Below are positions 15,948 to 26,121 of a DNA stretch of 32,000 nt, piece after piece (within the stretch, counting starts at the first letter, position 1; the number at the start of each line of letters is the position of its first letter). The notes beneath the pieces were generated by a model, which ran no database searches, was not told where the DNA came from, and was given only the letters and a program-made list of their open reading frames with translations. The translations under genes and the position numbers were made by a program. Source of the DNA: Halalkalibacterium halodurans (lineage in GTDB: Bacteria > Bacillota > Bacilli > Bacillales > Bacillaceae_D); NCBI RefSeq assembly GCF_004376175.1, contig NZ_SNUY01000022.1, positions 1-32,000 of the forward strand, read 5' to 3'.

Positions 15948-16856
15948 TTAAGCCTTTTTCAGATGCCGAATCAGTTCCTTCATATCAGGGGGCAAACCTT
16001 CCGTAAATGTTTGTTCCACCTCTGTAAACGGACAATGGATAGTAAGCTCTGTACTGTGGAGGGCCTGTCTCTCGATCCCCTTCCGCTCCCCGCCGTAAAG
16101 GTCGTCCCCAAATAGAGGGTAGCCCCAATAGGAAAAATGGACTCGAATTTGATGAGTTCGTCCCGTTTCAAGCTGCACCTGTACAATTGTCCCTTGATTA
16201 AGACGATCGATGACTTTAAAATGAGTAATCGCCAGCTGCCCATCTTCCCGTACTTCTCTTGTAATGAGGCTTTCTTCTTTTCGGGCAATAGGAGCTGTGA
16301 TCGTCCCTTCTTGTTGCTCGATTTCCCCTTGAACGATCGCCATGTATGTTCGTTTAATGTTTCCTTGACGCTGCTGCTTTGATAATTGATCATGGGCTAA
16401 TTGATGCTTGGCCACAATCAAGAGTCCGGAGGTATCTTTATCAAGTCGGTTCACCGCATGAAAGGTTGCAGCCATTTTTTGTCGCTGAAAATAATTAAGT
16501 AACCCGTTAGCAAGCGTCCCTTGCGGATGATCGCGGGAAGGGATTGTCGGAACTCCCGCTGGCTTGTTCACGACCAAGTAATGATCATTTTCGTAGATGA
16601 CATCGAAAGGGACTGGCTCAGCTATCATCGAAGGACTAGGGTACTCATGAGGGAGCTCTAAAGTGACTTGATCATTCACGTGGACGGTCTCGCGGACGGT
16701 GACCTCTTCCCCGTTCAACAAAATCGTGCCACCTTTAAACTTTATCGCTGCTAACGATCGTTTTGAAACGTGTTTTCCCTCGCGTAAAAATGTTCGTAAC
16801 AACTCCCCGTCCCATTGTTCATCCACCGTCCATTCCACTTTCGCTTTACGAATCAC
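15948..16856 (-). CDS. yjbO: RluA/RluD-family 23S rRNA pseudouridine synthase (YjbO-like)
   Basis: An S4-like N-terminus, the catalytic [11 protein letters not shown]-type motif ([15 protein letters not shown]) and GRTHQIRVH. It overlaps the ppnK stop by 11 nt. Confidence 0.9.
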   Translation of the reverse strand: MIRKAKVEWTVDEQWDGELLRTFLREGKHVSKRSLAAIKFKGGTILLNGEEVTVRETVHVNDQVTLELPHEYPSPSMIAEPVPFDVIYENDHYLVVNKPAGVPTIPSRDHPQGTLANGLLNYFQRQKMAATFHAVNRLDKDTSGLLIVAKHQLAHDQLSKQQRQGNIKRTYMAIVQGEIEQQEGTITAPIARKEESLITREVREDGQLAITHFKVIDRLNQGTIVQVQLETGRTHQIRVHFSYWGYPLFGDDLYGGERKGIERQALHSTELTIHCPFTEVEQTFTEGLPPDMKELIRHLKKA

Positions 16857-17643
16857 CGATAAATGACTCCTTCACTCGTTTCCAAAAAGGAAAGGGTCTA
16901 AAGCGTGCGAAGCGAATTTTTTCTTCCGCCACTCGGCATTGAATCGATTTGACTCGCTTATAAGCAAGGGTAAAGTGATCGATTGTCACTTGAAGTTCCA
17001 CCTGATTGAGCGGTTTAATCAAGCACGTGTGATGCTGAGGCAATACGAGCGGCGAGCCAATCGTCCGGTAGACCCGATTATTGATCGACGCCATTTCGGA
17101 AATTTGGATCGATGCTAAGGATGGGTGTAGGATGGCACCACCTAACGCTTTGTTGTAGGCAGTGCTACCAGAAGGGGTCGAAATGCAAAGCCCGTCTCCG
17201 CGAAACACTTCGAACACGTCCCCTTTAATTTCTACATTACTTACAAGGGAGCCCTCCTGACTTTTGACCGTACACTCATTTAAGGCGAGCAGTCGTTTCG
17301 ATTCGCTCTCATCCGTATGACGAACCACAACTTCTAGCAAGGGATATTCGACAATTTGATAAGGAGTTTTTGCAACATGTATCACGAGTTTTTCCACTTC
17401 ATCAGGAACCCAATCAGCGTAAAATCCTAAATGTCCTGTGTGAATCCCGACAAACGCAGTATCCTCTAACCGACTCGTATAGCGATGAAACGCATGCAAT
17501 AGCGTCCCATCTCCACCGACGGTTATGACGATATCAGGCTCTTGCTCATCGAGCTTTAAGCCAAAATCGAGTAAATAGCGTTTAATTTTTTGCTGCAATG
17601 TGTTGGAAACGTCATCCCCTCTGGAAGTAACGGTAAAACGCAT
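16846..17643 (-). CDS. ppnK: NAD kinase
   Basis: GGDGTLL, the NE..DG.. motif and [10 protein letters not shown]. The position matches B. subtilis ppnKA (yjbN). Confidence 0.92.
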   Translation of the reverse strand: MRFTVTSRGDDVSNTLQQKIKRYLLDFGLKLDEQEPDIVITVGGDGTLLHAFHRYTSRLEDTAFVGIHTGHLGFYADWVPDEVEKLVIHVAKTPYQIVEYPLLEVVVRHTDESESKRLLALNECTVKSQEGSLVSNVEIKGDVFEVFRGDGLCISTPSGSTAYNKALGGAILHPSLASIQISEMASINNRVYRTIGSPLVLPQHHTCLIKPLNQVELQVTIDHFTLAYKRVKSIQCRVAEEKIRFARFRPFPFWKRVKESFIGDS

Positions 17644-17659
17644 GCTGCCTCGCCTCCTT

Positions 17660-18295
17660 TTACGTCAATGTACGCCCTTGCTCCTGTTTTCGCGTAATAA
17701 TTTGCTGGGCTTCACGAACTTCATCACGAATTTGTGACATTTCTTCATCAAGCCGAAAAGCTGCCTCTGCCGCCCGTTGCAGTCTTGTTTTTATGTTTAG
17801 CGGGATTTCTCCACTATATTTATAATTTAATGAATGCTCAATCGTTGCCCAAAAATTCATCGCCAACGTCCGGATTTGCAGCTCAACGAGAATTCGCTTT
17901 TCCCCTTCAATCGTTTGCACTGGGTAGCGGAGCACCAAATGATAGGAGCGGTAGCCGCTATCTTTTTTTTGCTCCACATAATCCCGTTCCTCCACGATTT
18001 CAAAATCCGATCGGGAACGAATGAGTTGAACGACCGTTTCAATATCCTCCACAAACTGAGTCACGATCCGAAGCCCAGCCAAATCTTGCATTTTTTCCTC
18101 TAATTGATCAAGGGGAATATTTTTCCGAATCGCTTTATCTAATATGCTTGAAATCGGTTTTACCCGCCCAGTAACAAACTCAATCGGTGTATGTTTGGAT
18201 GATTTTTGATACTGTTCGCGAATTCCCTTTAATTTCACTTTTAATTCTTCAACTGCTTGCTTGTATGGTGTTAAGAAAACATCCCAATTGTTCAC
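17660..18295 (-). CDS. yjbM: Small alarmone synthetase (GTP pyrophosphokinase, RelQ/YjbM)
   Basis: 211 aa with a RelA/SpoT synthetase core ([33 protein letters not shown]). Confidence 0.9.
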   Translation of the reverse strand: MNNWDVFLTPYKQAVEELKVKLKGIREQYQKSSKHTPIEFVTGRVKPISSILDKAIRKNIPLDQLEEKMQDLAGLRIVTQFVEDIETVVQLIRSRSDFEIVEERDYVEQKKDSGYRSYHLVLRYPVQTIEGEKRILVELQIRTLAMNFWATIEHSLNYKYSGEIPLNIKTRLQRAAEAAFRLDEEMSQIRDEVREAQQIITRKQEQGRTLT

Positions 18296-18316
18296 TAAAT
18301 CACCGTCCTGTCAGCT

Positions 18317-18697
18317 CTACTCACCGAACGCGTTTTGTACCGCCCTCTCCATCTCTTCTCCATAATTACCATTGCCAGCAATATTATCGATTAAATAACG
18401 TAATTCGTTATAGAAATTGTGACACGTAATCAACGTTTCTTGGTTAAGATGAGCGACTACCTCTTTCCCGCTGTTCATCCCTTCCTTTAGAACAGTCCAT
18501 GTTGCTTCAGGGAAACGCAGGTAAAAGAACGTCTCCTCATCTTCAAGTACATACACGAAGGCATGATCGTCTGAATCAACGAGCATTCGCTCTGTCGCTT
18601 GTAATTGTTTAGCCAGTTCCCTTTTTACTTCTTCTTCTAATGTCGCCACCACTGTATTGTGCTCCAATCTAAGCTCGGCAACTGTTCCTTTATTCAT
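18317..18697 (-). CDS. yjbL: Conserved hypothetical protein (YjbL-like)
   Basis: 126 aa, lying 21 nt upstream of yjbM as in B. subtilis. I recognise no catalytic motif. Confidence 0.65.
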   Translation of the reverse strand: MNKGTVAELRLEHNTVVATLEEEVKRELAKQLQATERMLVDSDDHAFVYVLEDEETFFYLRFPEATWTVLKEGMNSGKEVVAHLNQETLITCHNFYNELRYLIDNIAGNGNYGEEMERAVQNAFGE

Positions 18698-18835
18698 TCT
18701 TAAATCCCTCCGAAAACAAATGACATAACCTTATTCAGTTTATCATATTTTCTCGTGCGTAAGAACTGATTGCACCATTGAAAAATCTCACGTGATCATG
18801 CAAACTAAGCGTAATAGCTTCGACAACTTTAATGA

Positions 18836-19432
18836 TTGAAAGGACGATCATCATTGGGAAAAGAAATTGAAATCGAACGGAAAACACTCGTATCGAAGGA
18901 AACGTTCAAACGTCTAATTAGCCAACTACATATTGGAGAAGGTGATTTTAAGCTTCAGCGCAATCATTATTTTGAAACGGACGACTTCCAGTTAAAAAAA
19001 CAAAGCTCGGCTTTAAGAATTCGTGAAAAGGAAGCTACTTTTACCTTTACGTTAAAGCAGCCCCATCCTGCTGGACTTCTTGAAACCAATCAAACGCTTA
19101 GCAAACAGGAGGCCAAACTCGCCCTTGAATCGGCACACTTTCCAAGCGGTGAAGTGATGGACGCATTACGGGATTTGTCGATTCCTATTTCGCAGCTTAA
19201 ACATATTGGCACCCTTTCCACTTCTAGAGCTGAAATTTCCTACGAGCAAGGCATTCTTTGTCTCGACCATAGTTCCTATTTAGGTATAGAGGATTATGAA
19301 ATAGAGTTTGAAGGAACGAGCGAAGAACATGCAACAGTTACTTTTCAAGAAATCCTTAAGACATTCAGCATTTCGCAAGTTCCGACAGAAAACAAAATTC
19401 AACGATTCTTTTCAAAAAAAGAGAAAAATTAA
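18836..19432 (+). CDS. yjbK: CYTH-domain protein (YjbK-like)
   Basis: The EIEIERK motif near the N-terminus is typical of CYTH/CyaB-ThTPase proteins. The in-frame TTG at 18854 (MGKEIEIERK) is the likelier start. Confidence 0.8.
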   Translation: MKGRSSLGKEIEIERKTLVSKETFKRLISQLHIGEGDFKLQRNHYFETDDFQLKKQSSALRIREKEATFTFTLKQPHPAGLLETNQTLSKQEAKLALESAHFPSGEVMDALRDLSIPISQLKHIGTLSTSRAEISYEQGILCLDHSSYLGIEDYEIEFEGTSEEHATVTFQEILKTFSISQVPTENKIQRFFSKKEKN

Positions 19433-19458
19433 CGGTGAAGCTGTGATGCAGATATGGT

Positions 19459-20187
19459 ATGATGGATGTAGTGAATAAGTACGAGGTGATGACAAGCATG
19501 AATCCATCCATCTTGGGGCTTCAGTCATTTCAATCAACACCCCAACCTTTTACAACAGCAACCAATCAATCTACATACTTTCAATCCGTCTTTTCTGCCT
19601 TTTTAACAGAACAGTTATTGCTCGGGGAGCAAATGAGCCAATCGAGCACGAACGATAAATCTGATTTATTTTTGGATGAAGCGACCAGGAGGAAGGTCCT
19701 AGGCCAGCAAGCTCAAGTAATCGCTTCATATGAACCTGTGCAAATGAACATTCAACAGTCACAGCCAGCGATGAGCTCGAATGAACTCTCTGCCCAATTT
19801 GACCAAGGGGAACGTTTCCGTCCACTCATTAATGCAGCTGCCAAAAAATACGGTGTTGATCCGAATTTAATTTATGCTGTTATTAAACACGAGTCGAATT
19901 TCAACCCACTTGCGAAAAGCAGAGCTGGTGCCTCTGGTTTGATGCAACTCATGCCAGCAACTGCCCGTCAATTAAATGTGAATAACATGTTCGATCCTCA
20001 GCAAAACATTGACGGAGGAACACGTTACTTAAAGCAAATGCTCGACCGTTATGACGGAAATATCCAGCTTGCATTAGCTGCTTACAATGCTGGCCCGGGA
20101 AATGTCGATAAATATGGGGGAATTCCGCCATTTAAAGAGACGCAACATTATGTTCCCCGGGTATACGAAACGTACTTAAATGCTTAG
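19459..20187 (+). CDS. yjbJ: Lytic transglycosylase, SLT domain (YjbJ-like)
   Basis: [28 protein letters not shown]...[20 protein letters not shown] favours ATG 19498 (MNPSILG) as the start. Confidence 0.85.
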   Translation: MMDVVNKYEVMTSMNPSILGLQSFQSTPQPFTTATNQSTYFQSVFSAFLTEQLLLGEQMSQSSTNDKSDLFLDEATRRKVLGQQAQVIASYEPVQMNIQQSQPAMSSNELSAQFDQGERFRPLINAAAKKYGVDPNLIYAVIKHESNFNPLAKSRAGASGLMQLMPATARQLNVNNMFDPQQNIDGGTRYLKQMLDRYDGNIQLALAAYNAGPGNVDKYGGIPPFKETQHYVPRVYETYLNA

Positions 20188-20197
20188 TTTTGACCTC

Positions 20198-20235
20198 AAA
20201 AAGGTCTGGTGAGGAAATTTCACCAGACCTTTTTA
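20198..20235. terminator. Bidirectional terminator between yjbJ and the oxidoreductase gene
   Basis: AAAAAGGTCTGGTGA - GGAAATT - TCACCAGACCTTTTT. Confidence 0.85.
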
Positions 20236-20249
20236 AACTTAAAATCAAA

Positions 20250-22274
20250 CTACGCCTCACCCTTCTTGACTTGCACATAGGTAGAAAAAAATGTTGCCCC
20301 GCCGCCAAAATCAGATAAGTCTCCTCCTGTTAAGGTATTAAAATTTCCTTGTTGTTCATGTTGATGATGCCACCATACCCCGCGAGCGATGATAACGCCT
20401 TGCTGACATGCCTCTGAAACGTTCGCTGTGCACGTTAGCTGTCCATGATCGTTGAAAAGACAAACACGATCACCATCATAGATTCCTTCTCGCATTGCAT
20501 CTTTTTTTGAAAGCTGAACGACCGGCTTTCCTTTCGCGTATTCTATAAATTGAGAATTCAACCCTTTTCTTGACGGTGAAATGATTAGCTGATACGGAGC
20601 GGCTGCTTGTGTATATGGGATTTTTTCTGGTAAAGGTGGTAATCCTGCCTCATGCATCGCCTCTGAATAAAGTTCAATTTTTCCTGACGGTGTTTCATAT
20701 TCACCGATTTTCCACGGCTCAATTTGTTGCGCTGATAGATGTGTCGGCTTCCAACGAATTGGCTTTCCTGATAAAAACTGCTCCCAGACACTGGAATCGA
20801 CAGGGCTGTCTCCAAATATCGCCTGCTTCATTAACGTTTCGTCATTGTCGCGAAAGCATAGCTCTTGAAAATGAAAGGCGTTTGCTAGCATTCGAAACAA
20901 CTCGGTATTCGATTTGCTTTGACCGATCGGGGAAATCACTCGTCTCCCTAACTGCCAGTAAGGATGCCAATACGAACGATATACATCGTCATGCTCTAAA
21001 AAAGTCGTGGCCGGTAAAACGATATCCGCAAATTTAGCCGTATCGGTCAGCTGCTGTTCATGGACGACAACAAACAAATCGTCTCGGGCTAACCCTTGAA
21101 GCACCTTCCTTTGATCTGGAGCAACCGACGCTGGGTTGCTATTGTAAACAAACAATGCCAAAATCGGCTCTTGTTGACTAAGAAGGACCTTTCCTAGCTC
21201 ATTCATGTTAACACGTCGTTCCTCATTCGTCCGTAAATCTGGACGGTGGAGAATATCGGAAGAATACTCCCCGTGTTTCAAGTTAAAATAAATCGCCCCA
21301 CCTCCCTTCGTTTCCCAAGCTCCTGTAAGAGCAGGTAAACTAAGAATCGCCCTCGTACTCATTCCACCTGAATGGTGATGTTGCTGGCCATTGCCAATCC
21401 TAATAAAGGATCGCTTTTCTGTCCCGTACACGCGGGCTAGCCTTTGAATGTCTTCTTTATTGATTCCTGTCATTCGTTCTACTCGATCTAATGAATAGGT
21501 GGCAACATGCGCTGCAAGCTCCCGAAACCCGACAGTTTGCCTTTCAATAAAAGAACCGTTAATGAGCTCCTCTTCGATTAAGACATGCTGAATGCCTAAA
21601 GCCAATTCTAAATCCGTCCCTGGTTTGATTTGAATAAACCAATCGGCTTGCCTTGCTGTTTCTGTTCGCTCTACATCAATAACAATAACCTTCGCTCCAC
21701 GCTTACGAGCCTCAAGTATGTACAACCATTGATGGACGTTCGTTACGACTAGATTGCTTCCCCATACGATGACCAGATTGGCGAACCTCGTCTCCTCTGG
21801 TTGTAAGCCGACAGAGGCTCCCATCGTATAGCGAAAAGCTTCGGTTCCGGCAGCAGCACAGATCGTCCGTTCAAGTGTCGCAGCACCTAAACGGTGAAAA
21901 AAGCGTCGGTCCATGCTACCATTTTGAATGATCCCAATCGTTCCACTATAGCTGTAAGGCAATATGGCCGTTGAATTTGCGGAAGCTATAACTGCCTCAA
22001 ATCGATCCACAATTATGGAAAGTGCCCGCTCCCATGATATCGGCTTGAATGCCCCGCTCCCCTTTTCACCTGTACGAATGAGCGGGGTTAACACTCGATG
22101 GGACCCATGCACTTTCTCACGGTAATGTTGCCGAACCTTCCCGCATATTGCGCCCCCGGTTACGGGATGCTGTGGATCCCCATGGAGTGAAATCACTTGA
22201 TCGTTCTCTGTTGTTATGATAAGTCCACACGTATCAGGACAGTTGTGAGGGCAGACACTTTTCCTCGTTGCCAT
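20250..22274 (-). CDS. Cytoplasmic molybdopterin (MopB-family) oxidoreductase with an N-terminal 4Fe-4S motif
   Basis: 674 aa. The N-terminus CPHNCPDTCG...CGK is the MopB Fe-S motif and there is no Tat signal. It resembles the B. subtilis YoaE/YyaE class as remembered. Confidence 0.85.
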   Translation of the reverse strand: MATRKSVCPHNCPDTCGLIITTENDQVISLHGDPQHPVTGGAICGKVRQHYREKVHGSHRVLTPLIRTGEKGSGAFKPISWERALSIIVDRFEAVIASANSTAILPYSYSGTIGIIQNGSMDRRFFHRLGAATLERTICAAAGTEAFRYTMGASVGLQPEETRFANLVIVWGSNLVVTNVHQWLYILEARKRGAKVIVIDVERTETARQADWFIQIKPGTDLELALGIQHVLIEEELINGSFIERQTVGFRELAAHVATYSLDRVERMTGINKEDIQRLARVYGTEKRSFIRIGNGQQHHHSGGMSTRAILSLPALTGAWETKGGGAIYFNLKHGEYSSDILHRPDLRTNEERRVNMNELGKVLLSQQEPILALFVYNSNPASVAPDQRKVLQGLARDDLFVVVHEQQLTDTAKFADIVLPATTFLEHDDVYRSYWHPYWQLGRRVISPIGQSKSNTELFRMLANAFHFQELCFRDNDETLMKQAIFGDSPVDSSVWEQFLSGKPIRWKPTHLSAQQIEPWKIGEYETPSGKIELYSEAMHEAGLPPLPEKIPYTQAAAPYQLIISPSRKGLNSQFIEYAKGKPVVQLSKKDAMREGIYDGDRVCLFNDHGQLTCTANVSEACQQGVIIARGVWWHHQHEQQGNFNTLTGGDLSDFGGGATFFSTYVQVKKGEA

Positions 22275-22377
22275 TTCGATAGCTCTCCTTTTTCTTCACC
22301 AACTACTTCTCCATTTGATCATAACAAATGATAGCTCCTTTGAAAAAAGCTGATTGCCCCCTTTAGGAACAGATCAT

Positions 22378-22406
22378 TTGCCCTCAGCGCAGGCTGTTGC
22401 TAAAAT
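22378..22406 (+). promoter_or_regulatory. Candidate sigma-A promoter for yjbI-yjbH
   Basis: TTGCCC (22378-22383), 17-nt spacer, TAAAAT (22401-22406). Confidence 0.4.
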
Positions 22407-22447
22407 GAAGCATAGATAAGACGATGAACAACTAAAAGGGGATAAAC

Positions 22448-22840
22448 ATGGTTGAACTAAATCGTACGGTTTACGAGCGTATCGGTGGAGACAAAACGGT
22501 ATCCGCCCTTGTGGATGCCTTCTACACGAATGTTGCAGGCGACCCAATTCTTGCGCCACTCTTTCCAAATGACCTTACAGAAACGAAACGAAAACAACAA
22601 CAATTTCTTACGCAATTTTTGGGTGGACCTTCACTATATACAGAGGAACATGGACATCCTATGTTACGAGCACGACACTTACCTTTTCCAATCACGCCTC
22701 GTCGTGCAAAAGCTTGGCTCACATGTATGGAACGAGCGATGGATGAAATCAACTTGCCAAGCCCAGAGCGAGAGGAAATGATGGCACGACTAACGATGAC
22801 TGCTCATCATATGGTCAACCAACCAGAGGAGCACCGCTAG
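22448..22840 (+). CDS. yjbI: Group 2 truncated hemoglobin (YjbI)
   Basis: FPSDLTE.KRKQ.QFLTQ.LGGP.LYTEEHGHPMLRARHLPFPIT is almost identical to B. subtilis YjbI as remembered. Confidence 0.9.
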   Translation: MVELNRTVYERIGGDKTVSALVDAFYTNVAGDPILAPLFPNDLTETKRKQQQFLTQFLGGPSLYTEEHGHPMLRARHLPFPITPRRAKAWLTCMERAMDEINLPSPEREEMMARLTMTAHHMVNQPEEHR

Positions 22841-22849
22841 AAAGGGGGA

Positions 22850-23776
22850 TTGACCATGGCGCATCACGAGAATCAAACGAATTGCAATGACGAGAGGGGC
22901 ATATGTAGCCTTGACTCCGACGCTGACGACCAGAAGCAAAAAAAGCGAAAGCCGCTCGAAATTTATACATTCATCGATCCACTATGTCCTGAATGCTGGG
23001 CGTTTGAGCCCATTTTAAAAAAGCTACAAGTGGAGTACGGTCAATATTTTCGTATTCGTTTCATTATGGCTGGGAAACTAGAAGCGTGGAATTTATGTCG
23101 TGGAAAATATAAAGGGGCCCAATCACGAGAAGATTTAGCTCATGTGTGGAGAAAAATCACCGAAACATTTGGGATGCCTTGTGACGGTGATGTGTGGCTA
23201 GAGGACCCTATCACGTCCTCCTACACGCCATCCTTGGCTATTAAAGCGGCTGAATTACAAGGGCCACAAGCAGGAGTGCGCTTCTTACGAAAGCTTCGGG
23301 AGCACCTGTTTTTGAATAAGCAAAATGTCACGAAAGAAGACATACTTATAAGCTGTGCCCAGCGTGCTGGATTGGATGTAAAGGAGTTTAAGCAGGACCT
23401 TCATTCAAAAGGAGCAGCTAAAGCCTTACGTTGTGATATGCAAACAACAAAGGAAATGGATGTGGACCTTGTTCCAACTTTCGTGTTTTTTAACGATAAC
23501 GTAGATGAAGAAGGAATCAAAGTCACAGGTCATTACCCCTATTCCATTTACGTTCAAATTTTGGAGGACATGCTTGGATTTAAACCAGAACGCCAACCTC
23601 CAATGTCGTTAGAACACTTTTTAAAGAAATATGAATTTGTTGCTTCGATTGAGGTTGCCGTTGTGTTTGACTTAGAGATCGATGAAGCGGAAAAGCAGTT
23701 AAAGAAACTAGTGCTGAAGCAAAAACTGGAACTGGTTCCGATGAAATACGGGAACTTTTGGAGATATTTAGAGTAG
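22850..23776 (+). CDS. yjbH: DsbA-like Spx-degradation adaptor YjbH
   Basis: KPLEIYTFIDPLCPECWAFEP...AIKAAELQG... is collinear with B. subtilis YjbH. AAGGGGGA favours ATG 22856 as the start. Confidence 0.87.
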   Translation: MTMAHHENQTNCNDERGICSLDSDADDQKQKKRKPLEIYTFIDPLCPECWAFEPILKKLQVEYGQYFRIRFIMAGKLEAWNLCRGKYKGAQSREDLAHVWRKITETFGMPCDGDVWLEDPITSSYTPSLAIKAAELQGPQAGVRFLRKLREHLFLNKQNVTKEDILISCAQRAGLDVKEFKQDLHSKGAAKALRCDMQTTKEMDVDLVPTFVFFNDNVDEEGIKVTGHYPYSIYVQILEDMLGFKPERQPPMSLEHFLKKYEFVASIEVAVVFDLEIDEAEKQLKKLVLKQKLELVPMKYGNFWRYLE

Positions 23777-23810
23777 AAAAAAGACAGCCGAGAAAGCTGT
23801 CTTTTTTCTT
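23777..23810 (+). terminator. Terminator after yjbH
   Basis: AAAAAAGACAGC - CGAGAAA - GCTGTCTTTTTT. Confidence 0.85.
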
Positions 23811-23976
23811 TATGGGGGGAGAGAATGTGATGTGCTTCACATATATAATGTATCATACTGGAAACAGTAAAACAATGGGGCTCAATGATCGTTCAGAGAA
23901 TTGACACATTCCTATTTCAGCAAACTTTTGCATACATTGAAAAAGAAACGATTTGTACATGGGAGGAATGAAGCAC

Positions 23977-24150
23977 ATGTCGCGCTTTTTGATCGGAGTC
24001 GGCCTTATCGGAACGATCGTAAGCTTCTATTTCTTACTTCTCTCTTTTCTGAGCATGTTCCCGCTCTTTATCTCCGCCCCCCTTCTTTTTGCTAGCATCT
24101 ATTTAATTGTGTACCAGTTTCACCACCGCAACCGGTTTCGTGGGTTCTAA
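23977..24150 (+). CDS. Small membrane protein, 57 aa
   Basis: GGGAGGA lies 9 nt before ATG 23977, and MSRFLIGVGLIGTIVSFYFLLLSFLSMFPLFISAPLLFASIYLIVY gives two TM helices. CATACATT (23931-23938, a sigma-E-like -10) lies upstream. The track start 23953 is probably too early. Confidence 0.5.
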   Translation: MSRFLIGVGLIGTIVSFYFLLLSFLSMFPLFISAPLLFASIYLIVYQFHHRNRFRGF

Positions 24151-24185
24151 AGTGGGAACTGTTTTTCCCCTTTTACCTTAGTACG

Positions 24186-24226
24186 AAAAATAACCATGCA
24201 GTTCTATGATAGACTGCATGGTTATT
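24186..24226 (-). terminator. Terminator after pepF
   Basis: 13-bp stem AATAACCATGCAG / CTGCATGGTTATT followed by T5 on the minus strand. Confidence 0.8.
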
Positions 24227-24237
24227 CACCCTTTGTT

Positions 24238-26034
24238 TTAAAGGAGTGCCTCGATCTCATCTAACGTTTTCTCAAATAGAGAAAGAGCCTCTTGGATTGG
24301 TTTCTTTGACGTCATATCGACACCAGCATGCTTTAAAATGTCAATCGGATATTGCGAGCTACCAGCTTTCAAAAAGTCGAGATAGCGCTCAACAACAGGA
24401 GCTCCATCCTCTAAAATTTGTTTAGCAAGGGCAGCAGCAGCACTGTATCCTGTCGCGTATTGATAGACATAAAAATTATAGTAGAAATGAGGAATTCTTG
24501 CCCATTCAAGACCGATCTCCTTGTCAATGACAATCTCATCTCCAAAATACTTTACATTTAAATCATAATACAGCTTTGATAACAGCTCTGGCGTCAATGG
24601 AATGCCATCTGCAGATTGCTCATGAATAAGCTGTTCAAACTCAGCAAACATCGTCTGCCTAAAGACTGTTCCACGAAAACCTTCCAAGAAATGATTGAGC
24701 AAATAAATCTTTTCTTGCTCATTGTTTGTGTTTTTCACCATGTAATCATTTAACAGTGCTTCGTTTAAAGTGGAAGCGACTTCGGCAACGAAGATCGTGT
24801 AGTCGCCATAAGGATATGGTCGGTGTTTCCGCGAATAAAAACTGTGCATCGAATGTCCAAGTTCATGGGCTAATGTAAAGACATTATCAATATTATCCTG
24901 CCAATTCATGAGAATGTATGGCATCGTGCCGTACGCTCCAGAAGAATAGGCTCCGCTTCGTTTACCTTTGTTTTCAACAACGTCAATCCAACGTTTCTCA
25001 TAACCTTGCTTAATTTCATCTGTATAGCTTTCGCCTAGTGGAGCGAATCCTTTTAACACAAGCTCTTTCGCTTCATCGTAGGAAATCTTCATCTCCACAT
25101 CCTTGACGAGCGGTGTATACAGATCATACATATGGAGTTCATCCACACCTAAAATTCGCTTTCTTAATTTAACATAGCGATGAAGTAAGTGTAGGTTGTC
25201 ATTGACGGTTGAAACGAGTTGATCATAGACCACTTCGGGAATAAAATTGCGTGACAATGCCGCTTCCCGAGCCGATTTATATTTTCTTACATTTGCGTAA
25301 AACAAATCTCGCTTCACTTGACTACTCAGTGTAGAAGCAAAGGTATTCTTGTATTTTTCATATGTGGAATAAACCGCTTGAAACGCATCTTTTCGTACAC
25401 GCCGATCTCCACTTTCTAAAAACTGCAAATATCTTCCGTGGGTGACTTCTACTTCTTCTCCATTCTCATTCACAATGGTCGGGAATGTCATATCTGCATT
25501 GTTTAACATACCAAATGTATTGCTAGGAGCGCTCGTCACTTCACTCGCCTGTGCTAAAATTGATTCTTCGGCTTCTGACAGCACATGGGGACGTTGCTTG
25601 TTTAGTTCATCTAACATATGACGATACAACGTGAGTGGTTCATGTTCATTGAGGAAGGTGTCGATCTTCTCTTTTTCGATTGACATAAGCTCTGGGACAA
25701 CAAATGAAGCCGCTTGCCCAACTTGAGAAGCTAAGGTCTGCGCCCTATCATTTAGCCCTTGATAAAACGAATTGGTTGTGTCTTGGTCATAACGCATATG
25801 AGCATATGTATACAGTCGTCCCAATCGTTCGGTTATTTCATCCTGTTGTTGCAAGGCTGCATACAAAATCTCAGCAGATTGACTTAACTTTCCTTTAAAC
25901 TGTACTAATGATGAAATAAGTCCCTTCACTTCATTAAATTCTTTTTCCCATTCTTCATCTGTACTAAAGATGGCTTCTAAATCCCATGTTAAGTCGACAG
26001 GGATTTCGCTTCTCTTCGGTAACGTTTTTGCCAT
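24238..26034 (-). CDS. pepF: Oligoendopeptidase F (M3B metallopeptidase)
   Basis: 598 aa with the HELGH zinc motif, in the pepF (yjbG) position next to coiA. Confidence 0.93.
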   Translation of the reverse strand: MAKTLPKRSEIPVDLTWDLEAIFSTDEEWEKEFNEVKGLISSLVQFKGKLSQSAEILYAALQQQDEITERLGRLYTYAHMRYDQDTTNSFYQGLNDRAQTLASQVGQAASFVVPELMSIEKEKIDTFLNEHEPLTLYRHMLDELNKQRPHVLSEAEESILAQASEVTSAPSNTFGMLNNADMTFPTIVNENGEEVEVTHGRYLQFLESGDRRVRKDAFQAVYSTYEKYKNTFASTLSSQVKRDLFYANVRKYKSAREAALSRNFIPEVVYDQLVSTVNDNLHLLHRYVKLRKRILGVDELHMYDLYTPLVKDVEMKISYDEAKELVLKGFAPLGESYTDEIKQGYEKRWIDVVENKGKRSGAYSSGAYGTMPYILMNWQDNIDNVFTLAHELGHSMHSFYSRKHRPYPYGDYTIFVAEVASTLNEALLNDYMVKNTNNEQEKIYLLNHFLEGFRGTVFRQTMFAEFEQLIHEQSADGIPLTPELLSKLYYDLNVKYFGDEIVIDKEIGLEWARIPHFYYNFYVYQYATGYSAAAALAKQILEDGAPVVERYLDFLKAGSSQYPIDILKHAGVDMTSKKPIQEALSLFEKTLDEIEALL

Positions 26035-26121
26035 GTTTCCGACCTCCTTCTAGTTGACTCTCTCCTAGAATACCGATTTTTTCTTAGGTTTTCCAGTCTT
26101 ACCTATTTTAATCGCTACAAT

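Noticed and set aside
15816-18429. Internal and antisense ORFs 15816-16115, 15980-16393, 16137-16382, 17734-18024, 17834-18103, 17857-18054 and 18187-18429.
   Set aside because: They overlap the strongly supported yjbO, ppnK and yjbM genes and have no independent signals.
20585-21037. ORFs 20585-20815 (minus strand) and 20609-21037 (plus strand) within the molybdopterin oxidoreductase gene.
   Set aside because: They are out of frame or antisense inside a 674-aa gene that has clear family motifs.
22374-22781. ORFs 22374-22568 (minus), 22485-22781 (plus) and 22522-22752 (minus) around yjbI.
   Set aside because: They overlap the near-identical YjbI homolog, and the first one also crosses the candidate yjbI promoter. 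None has an RBS.
23554-23856. Minus-strand ORFs 23554-23856 and 23580-23840.
   Set aside because: They are antisense to the yjbH 3' end and run through the yjbH terminator hairpin.
23901-23930. A perfect TTGACA at 23901-23906 as the sigma-A -35 element for the small membrane gene.
   Set aside because: No acceptable -10 hexamer lies at 16-18 nt spacing (ACTTTT or CTTTTG). The nearby CATACATT fits a sigma-E-type -10 better, but that is also unproven.
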